A stretch of 64,000 nucleotides of DNA from Candidatus Aminicenantes bacterium (lineage in GTDB: Bacteria > Acidobacteriota > Aminicenantia > Aminicenantales > Saccharicenantaceae). The stretch spans positions 451,213-515,212 of the forward strand of contig CAVWFA010000016.1 in the NCBI GenBank assembly GCA_963754085.1, in the 5' to 3' direction. Made by a program: the position numbers and the translations under genes. The first letter of the stretch is position 1. Each line of letters begins with the position of its first letter. This document shows positions 9,341 to 17,610 of the stretch, piece by piece. The notes beneath the pieces are model-generated. The model was not told the DNA's origin and did no database searches. It saw only the letters and a list, made by a program, of their open reading frames with translations.

Positions 9341-9895
9341 CTAGGACCCCACCTCGATGACGATCTCGATGCGTTTGAAGGTGTTGCGCGGCCCCCGGCC
9401 GATGCAGACGAGGATGCAGTCGTTGTCGTCGGCGGTGATCGTCCCCGGCGCTTCGTCGTTGATGAGGAAGACCGTGAACGAGCAGCGCGGGTCCGTCGCC
9501 AGCGGTTCGGAGGCGAAAAGAGCCGGATTGGCGGCCGTGTTGTCGGCGGCGATATCGGCGACGAGCTGTTCGTCGGTCAGGCTGCGGAAGTAGCTCGGGC
9601 TGGTCGGATCGTCCAGTCCCGGCGTGCCGGCGAAATTCGTCCGGTACTGGCCGCCGAAGCTCGTGGAGAGCCTGTTCAGGAAGTTGTCGTTGAGGACGAC
9701 CCAGGCGGCGTTGAAACCCGCCTCGGCGGCGTCGAAGGCCATCCCCTGGAGGCGCAGGCTGTCGGAGGCCTGGGGGCTCGTCCCCGTGATGGTCAGCAAG
9801 AGCATGCCGACCGCCAGCATGAAAGCGACGATCATGATGACCACGATGAGCCCCATGCCTCGCTCCCGGCCGCGGCTGTTGGCGGATGTGATCAT
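9341..9895 (-). CDS. PilX-like minor pilin / pilus assembly protein
   Basis: 184 aa. The N-terminus RGMGLIVVIMIVAFMLAVGMLLLTITG is of PilX_N type. Position is between the PilW-like and PilY1-like genes. Confidence 0.65.
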   Translation of the reverse strand: MITSANSRGRERGMGLIVVIMIVAFMLAVGMLLLTITGTSPQASDSLRLQGMAFDAAEAGFNAAWVVLNDNFLNRLSTSFGGQYRTNFAGTPGLDDPTSPSYFRSLTDEQLVADIAADNTAANPALFASEPLATDPRCSFTVFLINDEAPGTITADDNDCILVCIGRGPRNTFKRIEIVIEVGS

Positions 9896-9905
9896 GGGAC
9901 TCTCC

Positions 9906-11006
9906 TCATCGCTGGCCGATGTTGTAGAGATTGAGGGACATGTTCCGAACGTTCGAGGTCGATTCGACCAGGAACCGCCGGTGCCGGTCGTCGGCCGCGG
10001 CGGCCGGGCTGTTGGACAGGGCCGGGCGGCGATAGGTCTGGATGGCGCCGGGGACGCGGCCTCCGACCGAGGTGAACGGCTGGGCCGTCCGGCCGAGGAC
10101 CCACATCCGGACCTGCTGGATCCGGGCGACCTGGGCGAGCGTCCAGGCGTTGTTCCAGGGAGACCAGCCGTCGAGGATGAGATCGTTATCCATGTCGCCG
10201 TTGTATTCGAGCTGGAAGTTCTCGATGTTGCGGGCCAGGGGGAAGTGGACCCCGTTGTGAGTGCAATAGAGCACCCCGCCGTCGCCCCCGCCGATGTAGC
10301 CGTTGAGGCCCGCGGTCAGTCCGGGATAGTCGCCCGTGATGTCGAGCCAGTATTCTTTGACGTCGATGAAGCTGATCATGCCCCCGTCATAGTCATTGGG
10401 GCTCGGGCAGGTCCCGGACAGGCCGCCCGGGGGATCGACGCCCGGCGCCAGGCCCGGAGAGAAGTTGAAGCGCTCGTTGGCCCCGCCGGTGTTGTGGGTC
10501 ACGTGGGTGACGACGCGGACCTCGCCCGCCCGGCAGCCCGATGCGGGATCGGGCAGGACGATGACGAATTTGTTGGCGTAGAACGCGTCCGAGTACGCGT
10601 ATTGCTCGAAGCTGAAATCTTCGATGTCCAGGACGACGGACGAACCCTGGTAGTTCCTGATCGGGAGGTTGAGCGGCTCCTCGATGTTGCCCATGAGCGT
10701 GACCCGGTCCGGCAGGACCTCTTCGCCCTGGTCTTCGTTGTCCTGCGCCTCGATGAAGTAGCCGGAGAACTCCTCCGGCAGCCCGGCCCCGGCCATGCGC
10801 AGGTCCCGGCTGAGGAAGAACATCGAGGAGCGGACGTCGTTCTGGATCTCGGTGACCATCTGCTGCTCGACCGAGACCTTGTTGCTGCGGGTATAGACCA
10901 TCAGCGCCCCGAGGATGGCGATCAGCATGACGCTGCCGCCGACGAGGAGCTCGATCATGGTGAAGCCCGCGGCCCGTTTGGAGGGGGGGGTCGGAGATGT
11001 GCTCAC
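9906..11006 (-). CDS. PilW-like type IV minor pilin (prepilin-type N-terminal cleavage/methylation domain)
   Basis: 366 aa with AAG|FTMIELLVGGSVMLIAILGAL. Confidence 0.75.
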   Translation of the reverse strand: MSTSPTPPSKRAAGFTMIELLVGGSVMLIAILGALMVYTRSNKVSVEQQMVTEIQNDVRSSMFFLSRDLRMAGAGLPEEFSGYFIEAQDNEDQGEEVLPDRVTLMGNIEEPLNLPIRNYQGSSVVLDIEDFSFEQYAYSDAFYANKFVIVLPDPASGCRAGEVRVVTHVTHNTGGANERFNFSPGLAPGVDPPGGLSGTCPSPNDYDGGMISFIDVKEYWLDITGDYPGLTAGLNGYIGGGDGGVLYCTHNGVHFPLARNIENFQLEYNGDMDNDLILDGWSPWNNAWTLAQVARIQQVRMWVLGRTAQPFTSVGGRVPGAIQTYRRPALSNSPAAAADDRHRRFLVESTSNVRNMSLNLYNIGQR

Positions 11007-11019
11007 GGTTCGCGCTCCT

Positions 11020-11457
11020 TTACCGGGTGATGATCGTCGAGATCAGCGCCCGCGGCCGGTGCCGGTCGGGATCGGCCAGCAGCTCCACGGCGGTCGGCAC
11101 GGCCAGCTTTTCGGCGGAGAAGACGTAGACGATGACCTGGAACGTGTCCCCGACGCTGCTGAAGCCGGTGATCCGCCGGAAATCGTTCGTGCCGTCGAGG
11201 TTGAGGTCGACGATCTCGTCGCGCGCCTCGAGGCTCGTGCCGGCGTAGGCCGCCAGCTCGTCCAGGGTGAACCCCCGGAGCCAGTCGATCTGCTGCTGGG
11301 CCAGGAAGGTCGCGTTGGCCACACGGTCGGCCTTGAGGTTGTTGGCGACGGAAGCCAGGAACAGCTGGGCCAGCCCGAGCACGGCGACGGCGACGAGGAA
11401 GAGGCTGAGCATCACTTCGATCAGGCTGAAACCGCGGTCATGCTTGTGTGTTTTCAT
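11020..11457 (-). CDS. PilV-like type IV minor pilin
   Basis: Start taken at MKTHKHDRG|FSLIEVMLSLFLVAVAVLGLAQ (short basic leader, GGAGA upstream). Track ORF 11020..11481 begins 8 codons earlier. Confidence 0.7.
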   Translation of the reverse strand: MKTHKHDRGFSLIEVMLSLFLVAVAVLGLAQLFLASVANNLKADRVANATFLAQQQIDWLRGFTLDELAAYAGTSLEARDEIVDLNLDGTNDFRRITGFSSVGDTFQVIVYVFSAEKLAVPTAVELLADPDRHRPRALISTIITR

Positions 11458-11458
11458 C

Positions 11459-12007
11459 TCAGGAGCTCTTTCTCCGGGCATATTGGATCGATCCGCCCAT
11501 GTAGAGGCTCAGGACCCGCTCGTCCATGACATCGGGCTGATCGGGCCGGTCGAGCTTGGGATTCTGCAGAACGATGGAATTCAGGTTGGCGGCGAAATTG
11601 GCCACGGTGCCCATGGGGGAGAAGACGGCCGTGGGGTCTCCCCCGTCGAGGGGCAGGGAAAGGGTCAGGTTAAAGCTCTCGGGAATGTCCTTGGGCGGCG
11701 TGGGTCGGGCCTTGGTCCAAGTCCCGTCGGCCTCGAGCTGCTCCATGTCATAGGCCCAGTAGGTCCCGCTGGGCTGATAGAAGCGCACGCGGTGCGGGAT
11801 CTTGGTGCTGACCGCCCGGTTCTTGGTCATCTGGAGGAACGTCTGGATCTCGCGGGTCTTGTTCTCGAGGTTCCTCTCCGCCATGACATTGAGGACGCTC
11901 GGGATCGAAACGAGCATGAAGATGGCCATGATGCCGATGACGACGAGGACCTCGATCAAGGTGAAGCCCGCGGCGGCCCGGCGCGTCGAAGAAGGGAGGG
12001 ATTTCAT
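11459..12007 (-). CDS. FimT/GspH-like type IV minor pilin
   Basis: Start taken at MKSLPSSTRRAAAG|FTLIEVLVVIGIMAIFMLV, residue 59 of track ORF 11459..12181. GGAAGGA lies upstream. Confidence 0.7.
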   Translation of the reverse strand: MKSLPSSTRRAAAGFTLIEVLVVIGIMAIFMLVSIPSVLNVMAERNLENKTREIQTFLQMTKNRAVSTKIPHRVRFYQPSGTYWAYDMEQLEADGTWTKARPTPPKDIPESFNLTLSLPLDGGDPTAVFSPMGTVANFAANLNSIVLQNPKLDRPDQPDVMDERVLSLYMGGSIQYARRKSS

Positions 12008-12043
12008 AGGCGGGTCCTTCCGTCCATCCTGATTTTCTTCTTC

Positions 12044-12072
12044 CTTATAGAACAATAGTTGGGCCATTTCAA
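12044..12072 (-). promoter_or_regulatory. putative sigma-70 promoter of the minor-pilin operon
   Basis: Minus strand reads TTGAAA-N17-TATAAG, 36 nt upstream of the ATG at 12007. Confidence 0.4.
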
Positions 12073-12211
12073 GGCGGCTCCTCAGGCCATTCCGCCACGG
12101 TGCATTATCCGGCGCCGCCCCCGCCGAGGCAATCATCGCAACTGGTGATTGGACGGGTGATTTTGCGAGGAGGAGCCTCACCCCGAACGGCTAGCCCGGC
12201 GGGCGGCGGCT

Positions 12212-14560
12212 CTAGCGGCCCGCCGAAACGGTCTTCTTGAGCTCGGCGACCCCGGCGACGCCGCTGTTGAAGAGGACGCAGCGGGCCGAGTCGAGGAGCC
12301 GGCCGAAGAAGGCCTTCTGGGCTTCGAGCTTTTCCGGCGTTCCCCCGAGGAGATGGGGGTTGAAATAGGGCTGGACCTGGCCGGCGGTCAGGGCCTTCTT
12401 GGCCCCGGCCGCTTCGCCGGCCTCGAGGGTCCGCAGGGCCTCGTCCTTGCCGAGCTCGACGACGGCCGGGGACGTGGCGTCGTTCCGAAGAAGCACCAGC
12501 CACTTCAGGTCCGTCCGCCGGGCCGCGGCGTCCGGGCCGCCGAGCCAGGCCGGGTCGAGCAGGGCGTGGGCCTCCTTGGCGGCCTTGTAGCAGTAGGCCG
12601 AGCCCCGGTCCAGCCGGCAGTCGTCCGTCCGCTGGCACTCGAGGTCCTGGCAGCCCTCCTTTTGGAGGGCGACGTTCTCGCACTTGCTCCGGTCGAAGAG
12701 CGGCGCCAGCCGCGGGTCGAGCTCGACCGCCGCCGTCGGCACGAAGAGCTTCCGCTCGACGCGGTCGGCGGCGGCCCGGCCGCCGGCGATCTCGACGAAG
12801 ACGATGTCGTTCGAGTGGAGCTTGAAGCGCGGGTCGGCCAGCAGCTCGAAGAAGAGCTCCGTCTTCTTCGTCCCCGGCGGCCCGACGAGGATGAGCCCGC
12901 GGCCGTCCGCGTCCGCGGACATGCCCCGCACCGCTCCCGCGGCGCCTCCGCCCGAGCGCATCGAGATGTCCGTGGCCAGCCCGAGGGCCAGGCCGCGGAG
13001 GGTCCCGTAATGATCGGTGTTGACCAGGACGCCCGTCTGCGTCGCCTCGTGATAGAAGCCGCGCGGCTCGCGGCCGGCGATCCCGTCGACGGCGTAGATG
13101 ACGCCGTGCGGCCGGACGTCGGCCTCGGCCGGGGCCGGCGGGAAGTTCTCGACCCAGAAATCGTTGAGATGGGCGACGTTGGTCCGCAGCTGCAGGACGG
13201 CCCCGCCGACGCGGGCGTTCCACTCGTAGCGGCCCTCGTAGCCCAGGTGCCCTTCCATCTCGGCGACCAGGGCGTCGCGCAGCCGGGCGTCGGGCACGAC
13301 GTCGACCGGCACGGCCTTCCGGACCCGGGTCACGGCGTTGCTCAAAGCGACGCGCTGGACCTTCTTGGCCGTCTTCAGCCTGCCCAGGGCCTCGACGATC
13401 CGGTCCATGCTCTTCTCGAGATTGGTCATGGAGGTCGCATAGGACAGCCGGATGTAGTCGTCGGCGCCGAAGGCGTCGCCGGGGACGATGGCCACCCGGG
13501 CCTCCTTCAGCAGGTAGTAGGCCATGCCGTAGGAGTTGCGGATCTTGGCCCCGCCCGCTTCCTTGTCGTAGAACGACCGGACGTTGGGGAAGAGATAGAA
13601 CGCGCCCTGCGGCTTGAAGCACGCGAGGCCCGGGACCGCGGCCAGCCGCATCAGGCAGTAGTTGCGGCGGCGCTGGAACTCCGCGACCATCTTCTGGACT
13701 TCGTACTGGGGGCCCTCGTAGGCCTCGAGGCTGGCCTTTTGGGCGATGGAGCAGGCGTTGGAGGTCGTGTGGCTCTGGATCTTGGACATGCCGTCGATGA
13801 CCTCGGCCGGCCCGGCGGCGAAGCCGATCCGCCAGCCGGTCATCGAGTAGGACTTGGACACCCCGTTGACGACGATGGTCTTCTTCTTGATGTCCTCGCC
13901 GAGCGCGGCGAAGCTCGTGAACTTGAAGTTGTCGTAGACGAGACTGGCGTAGATCTCGTCGGCGATGACGTAGACGTCCTCGCCCTTGATCACCTCGGCC
14001 AGGGCCAGGAGCTGGTCCTTCGTGTAGGCCCCGCCGGTCGGGTTCGAGGGATTGTTCAGGATGATGGCCTTCGTGGCCGGGGAGATCGAGGCCTTGAGGG
14101 TCTCGGGCGTCAGCAGGAAGCCGTCCTCTTCGCGCGTCGGGACGATGACCGGCTTGCCTTTGGCCAGGGCGACGCACTCGGGATAGGTGACCCAATAGGG
14201 GGCCGGGATGATGACCTCCTCCCCCTCGTCGACCAGGGCCTGGACGAGGTGGAAGAGGGAGGCCTTGGCCCCGGCCGAGACGATGATCTGCTTCGGGCCG
14301 TACTCGAGACCGTAGTCGTCCTTGAGGCGTTTGGCGATGGCCTTGCGCAGGGCCAGGATGCCGTCGCTCTCGGTATATTTCGTGAAGTTGTCGCGGATGG
14401 CCTTGATCCCGGCCTCCTTGACGTTCTCCGGCGTGGGGAAATCGGGCTCGCCGACGCTGAGGTCGATGACGTCGATCCCCTCGGCCTTCATGGCCTTGGC
14501 CTTGGCCGAGATCTTCAAGGTGGGGGAGGCGCCGATGCGCTGGACTTTTTCAGAGATCAT
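12212..14560 (-). CDS. fusion protein: class I PLP aminotransferase (AspC-like) plus a C-terminal HprK/PEPCK-like P-loop domain
   Basis: Single uninterrupted 782-aa ORF. Residues 1-395 carry LSVGEPDFPTP, NPSNPTGG and the PLP-lysine motif NGVSKSYSMTGWRIG. Residues 400-782 carry RGLILVGPPGTKKTELFFELLADPRFKLHSNDIVFVE (compare HprK GxSGxGKSExxLEL...ADD.V) plus a 5-Cys patch, CENVALQKEGCQDLECQRTDDCRLDRGSAYC. Confidence 0.8.
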   Translation of the reverse strand: MISEKVQRIGASPTLKISAKAKAMKAEGIDVIDLSVGEPDFPTPENVKEAGIKAIRDNFTKYTESDGILALRKAIAKRLKDDYGLEYGPKQIIVSAGAKASLFHLVQALVDEGEEVIIPAPYWVTYPECVALAKGKPVIVPTREEDGFLLTPETLKASISPATKAIILNNPSNPTGGAYTKDQLLALAEVIKGEDVYVIADEIYASLVYDNFKFTSFAALGEDIKKKTIVVNGVSKSYSMTGWRIGFAAGPAEVIDGMSKIQSHTTSNACSIAQKASLEAYEGPQYEVQKMVAEFQRRRNYCLMRLAAVPGLACFKPQGAFYLFPNVRSFYDKEAGGAKIRNSYGMAYYLLKEARVAIVPGDAFGADDYIRLSYATSMTNLEKSMDRIVEALGRLKTAKKVQRVALSNAVTRVRKAVPVDVVPDARLRDALVAEMEGHLGYEGRYEWNARVGGAVLQLRTNVAHLNDFWVENFPPAPAEADVRPHGVIYAVDGIAGREPRGFYHEATQTGVLVNTDHYGTLRGLALGLATDISMRSGGGAAGAVRGMSADADGRGLILVGPPGTKKTELFFELLADPRFKLHSNDIVFVEIAGGRAAADRVERKLFVPTAAVELDPRLAPLFDRSKCENVALQKEGCQDLECQRTDDCRLDRGSAYCYKAAKEAHALLDPAWLGGPDAAARRTDLKWLVLLRNDATSPAVVELGKDEALRTLEAGEAAGAKKALTAGQVQPYFNPHLLGGTPEKLEAQKAFFGRLLDSARCVLFNSGVAGVAELKKTVSAGR

Positions 14561-14591
14561 GGTTCACCTGCCTCGACGCCCGGCCGGGCGC

Positions 14592-16001
14592 TCACTTCTT
14601 CGCGTCTTTGGCCTCGGGGGAGAGCTTGGTCTTGAGGAACTCGCGGATGTCGGCCCCGGTCAGGGACTTGACCACCTCGGGCATCTGGGCCAGCACCTGG
14701 GCCACCTGGCCCGTGATCTTGGTCGTGCCGAGGTCCTTGTCGCCGCTGACGATGACGATCTTGTCGACCTTGGACAGGGGCTCCGAGACGGCCTTGGCCA
14801 GCTCGGGCAGGACCTTGATGTAGGTGTCGAGGACCGCGGCCTGGGTGTACTTCTCCCAGGCCTGGGCCTTCTTCATCATGGCCTCGGCCTCGGCGGCGCC
14901 CTTGGCCCGGATCTCGTCGGCTTCGGCCAGGCCCTCGAGCTTGAGGGCCTCGGACTTGCCCTTGGCCTCGGCGGTGATGCGGAACTCTTCGGCCTCGGCT
15001 TCGGACTTGATCTGGTATTTCCGGGCGTCGGCGGGTTTGATGACCGTCGCCTCGAGCTCCCGTTCCTTGCGGGCGATCTCGAGCTGCTCGGTCTTGATGG
15101 CCTCTTCCTTCTCGATCTGCTTGACCTTGGCTTCTTCCTTCTTGAGGTCTTGGTTGATCCGGTTGCGCTCGAGCTCGTAGGAGAAATCGGCCTGGGCCTT
15201 CTTGGTGTTGACGAAGACCTGGGATTCGGCCTTCTTGGCCTCGTTCTCCCACTGGGCCTTGGCGATCTGGGCCTCGGACTGGAGGCGGGCCACCTCGGCT
15301 TCCTTGCGGGCCATGGAGGCCTTGATGATCGATTCCTTCTCGGTCTCGGCTTGGGCGATGGACGCGTCGCGCTTGGCCGCGGCGATCATGGGCTTGCTCA
15401 GAGAGTCGATATAGCCCTGCGTGTCGCTGATGTCCTTGAGGGCGAAGGAGAGCATGACCAGGCCCATGGCGTGGAAATCCTCCTTGACGGCCGCGATGAC
15501 GCGCTTCGAGAACTCCTGGCGGCCGCGGTAGATCTCCTCGACCGACATGCCCCCGATGACCTCGCGGACCTTGCCTTCGAGGACGTTGATGACCACGTCG
15601 CGGATGCCGTCGCGGCCGATGCCCAGGAACTGCTCGGCGGCCCGGTGGATGGTCTCGTCGGAGGAGTCGATCTTGACCTGGGCCGAGGCCTCGGCCATGA
15701 TCGGCACGCCGCCGTTGGTCAAGACCTCGGGCGTGCGGATCGAGACGGGGATGATGTCCATGGGGAGGACGTAGACCTTCTCCATGCCGGGCCAGACGAA
15801 CACGCCGCCGCCCAGGCGGTAGCGGTAGCCGATCTTCTGGGTGGTCCCGTCGGCCAGGGCGATCGTGCGCTTGCGTCCCCCGGCGATGATGAGGGCCTCG
15901 TTGGGCCCGACCTTCCGGTAGCGCAGGGCCAGGACCAGGATGATCAGGGCGAAGAGAGCGACGACGGCGCCGGCGATGATGAGCCAGGATGTCAGATTCA
16001 T
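14592..16001 (-). CDS. flotillin / SPFH (band 7) domain protein
   Basis: Start at MNLTSWLIIAGAVVALFALI with GAGGAGG 7 nt upstream. An SPFH core is followed by a long EA-rich coiled coil (KAQWENEAKKAESQ...). The track ORF starts 20 codons earlier at a GTG. Confidence 0.85.
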   Translation of the reverse strand: MNLTSWLIIAGAVVALFALIILVLALRYRKVGPNEALIIAGGRKRTIALADGTTQKIGYRYRLGGGVFVWPGMEKVYVLPMDIIPVSIRTPEVLTNGGVPIMAEASAQVKIDSSDETIHRAAEQFLGIGRDGIRDVVINVLEGKVREVIGGMSVEEIYRGRQEFSKRVIAAVKEDFHAMGLVMLSFALKDISDTQGYIDSLSKPMIAAAKRDASIAQAETEKESIIKASMARKEAEVARLQSEAQIAKAQWENEAKKAESQVFVNTKKAQADFSYELERNRINQDLKKEEAKVKQIEKEEAIKTEQLEIARKERELEATVIKPADARKYQIKSEAEAEEFRITAEAKGKSEALKLEGLAEADEIRAKGAAEAEAMMKKAQAWEKYTQAAVLDTYIKVLPELAKAVSEPLSKVDKIVIVSGDKDLGTTKITGQVAQVLAQMPEVVKSLTGADIREFLKTKLSPEAKDAKK

Positions 16002-16103
16002 AGCGACCTCCTCAAGAGGACTCCCCGTCGGGCGGGGGAAAGATCGAAAAAAAGACCTCACCGACTTTGCGTGACGGGCCTTTTTTCCGGGTTCTGAGCC
16101 TAG

Positions 16104-16133
16104 ATTCTATTGATACAGAGGGAAGGATGTCAA
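16104..16133 (-). promoter_or_regulatory. putative sigma-70 promoter for the flotillin gene
   Basis: Minus strand reads TTGACA-N18-TAGAAT. The -35 overlaps the rph stop codon. Confidence 0.3.
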
Positions 16134-16921
16134 GCCGGGCCCTTGTCGGCGGGTCCGGGCTTCTCTCTGTAGCCGTAGGCCATGAAGAGGATGCTCTTCT
16201 TCTTGAGGGTGTCCTTCTGGACCTTGACGATCCGGGCGATGCCCCGGTCGGCCAGCTTGAGCAGGCCGAGCAGCTCCTTGCGCGAGAAGGGGCTCTTCTC
16301 CGCTCCGGCCTGGACCTCGACGAGCTCGCCCCGGTCGGTCTGGATGACGTTCATGTCCAGATCGGCCTGGGAATCCTCCGAATAGTCCAGGTCGAGGAGG
16401 ACCCGGCCCTTGACGATGCCCACGCTCACGCCGGCGACGAGGTGGCGGAGGGGCATGTGGTCGATGAGGCCGCGGTCGATCATCTTCTTGAGGGCCAGGC
16501 CGAGCGCGACGCAGCCGGCCGTGACCGAGGCCGCCCGGGTCCCGCCGTCGGCCTGGATGACATCGCAGTCGATGATGATCTGCCGCTCACCCAGGGCCTT
16601 CAGGTCGGTCACGGCCCGGAGGGCGCGGCCGACCAGGCGCTGGATCTCCTGGGTCCGGCCCGAGACGCGGCCGGTCCCCCGCTCGCGGGGGGTCCGCTCT
16701 TCGGTCGCCCGGGGCAGCATGGCGTACTCGGCCGTGACCCAGCCGCGGCCGGTGCCCTTGAGGAACGGCGGCACGCGCTCGTCGATGGTCGCCGCGGCCA
16801 GGACGCGCGTCCGGCCCATCTCGATCAGGGCGGACCCGTCGGCGAAATCGAGCGTGTCGATGCTGATCTTGACCGGCCGGAGCTGGCCCGGCGAGCGCTT
16901 GCCGGAGCGGACGGGATCCAC
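16130..16921 (-). CDS. rph: ribonuclease PH
   Basis: 263 aa with GSALIEMGRTRVLAAAT, VTAEYAMLPRATEERTPRE, RTQEIQRLVGRALR and CDVIQADGGTRAASVTAG. Confidence 0.9.
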   Translation of the reverse strand: MDPVRSGKRSPGQLRPVKISIDTLDFADGSALIEMGRTRVLAAATIDERVPPFLKGTGRGWVTAEYAMLPRATEERTPRERGTGRVSGRTQEIQRLVGRALRAVTDLKALGERQIIIDCDVIQADGGTRAASVTAGCVALGLALKKMIDRGLIDHMPLRHLVAGVSVGIVKGRVLLDLDYSEDSQADLDMNVIQTDRGELVEVQAGAEKSPFSRKELLGLLKLADRGIARIVKVQKDTLKKKSILFMAYGYREKPGPADKGPA

Positions 16922-17574
16922 TACTTGATCCAGATGGACGGGGTTTTATCTTTTTTTGACTGGGCCATGAAGTCCGCGAGGTCCTTCTGCGCATTGGCCG
17001 ATTCCGCTTCGGCCTTGAGCAGCTTGTCGTAGGTGTCGCTGATCTGGAGTTGGATCACCTCGCGGGATTTCACGTTGTCGAGCCCGTAGAATTGCTGGTA
17101 CAGGGTGTTCATCTTGTTCGTCAGCAGATCGACCATCTCGGCCTTCTGCTGGGCGAGGTCGGCGAGCTCGCTCTGCCTCTTCTGAATATCCTGCGCGGAC
17201 ATGGCCGGGGGCTCGCTTGGCGGGATGTCTTCGACGGGCTTATCGGCCCCGGCGGCGGCCTGGGCGGCTTGATCGCCGGCCGCCGGAGGAGCCCCTTCCT
17301 GTTGCGCCCCCGCCGCGGAGCTATCCGGCGGGGCCCCGCCGGCCTCGGCGGCGACCTCTTCGGCAGCCTGTTCCTGGGTGGCGGTCTCGACGGCCGGGCG
17401 CTTTTTCACCTTGGCCAGGTCGGCCGTCGTGATCACCGTCGCCGGCTTGCCCTTGAGCGCGGCCCGCCGTTCCTTCTCTTTCTTGGCCAGCTCGGCCAGG
17501 CTCTGGGACTGGAGGAAGGAGACCAGGAGGAGAGGCAGAACGAGGACCGCCAGCCATCTTGTCTTGCTCATCAA
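16921..17574 (-). CDS. secreted coiled-coil protein, hypothetical (paralog of 4922..5545)
   Basis: 217 aa. A signal peptide is followed by QSLAELAKKEKERRAALKGKPATVITTADLAKVKKRPAVE. The C-terminus has MVDLLTNKMNTLYQQ. It lies between comEC and rph. Confidence 0.6.
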   Translation of the reverse strand: MMSKTRWLAVLVLPLLLVSFLQSQSLAELAKKEKERRAALKGKPATVITTADLAKVKKRPAVETATQEQAAEEVAAEAGGAPPDSSAAGAQQEGAPPAAGDQAAQAAAGADKPVEDIPPSEPPAMSAQDIQKRQSELADLAQQKAEMVDLLTNKMNTLYQQFYGLDNVKSREVIQLQISDTYDKLLKAEAESANAQKDLADFMAQSKKDKTPSIWIK

Positions 17575-17610
17575 AGGATCCTCCTCTGGACCACGGCGAT
17601 TATCATGGAT

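Noticed and set aside
12073-12211. A sigma-54 (GG-N10-GC) promoter upstream of the minor-pilin operon, given that rpoN is in the window.
   Set aside because: No TGGCAC-N5-TTGC-like match with correct spacing was found. A sigma-70-type TTGAAA-N17-TATAAG fits better.
14592-16061. A GTG start 20 codons upstream for the flotillin gene.
   Set aside because: The ATG at 16001 is preceded by GAGGAGG at ideal spacing and begins directly with the TM helix. The upstream extension covers a T-rich stretch with no RBS.
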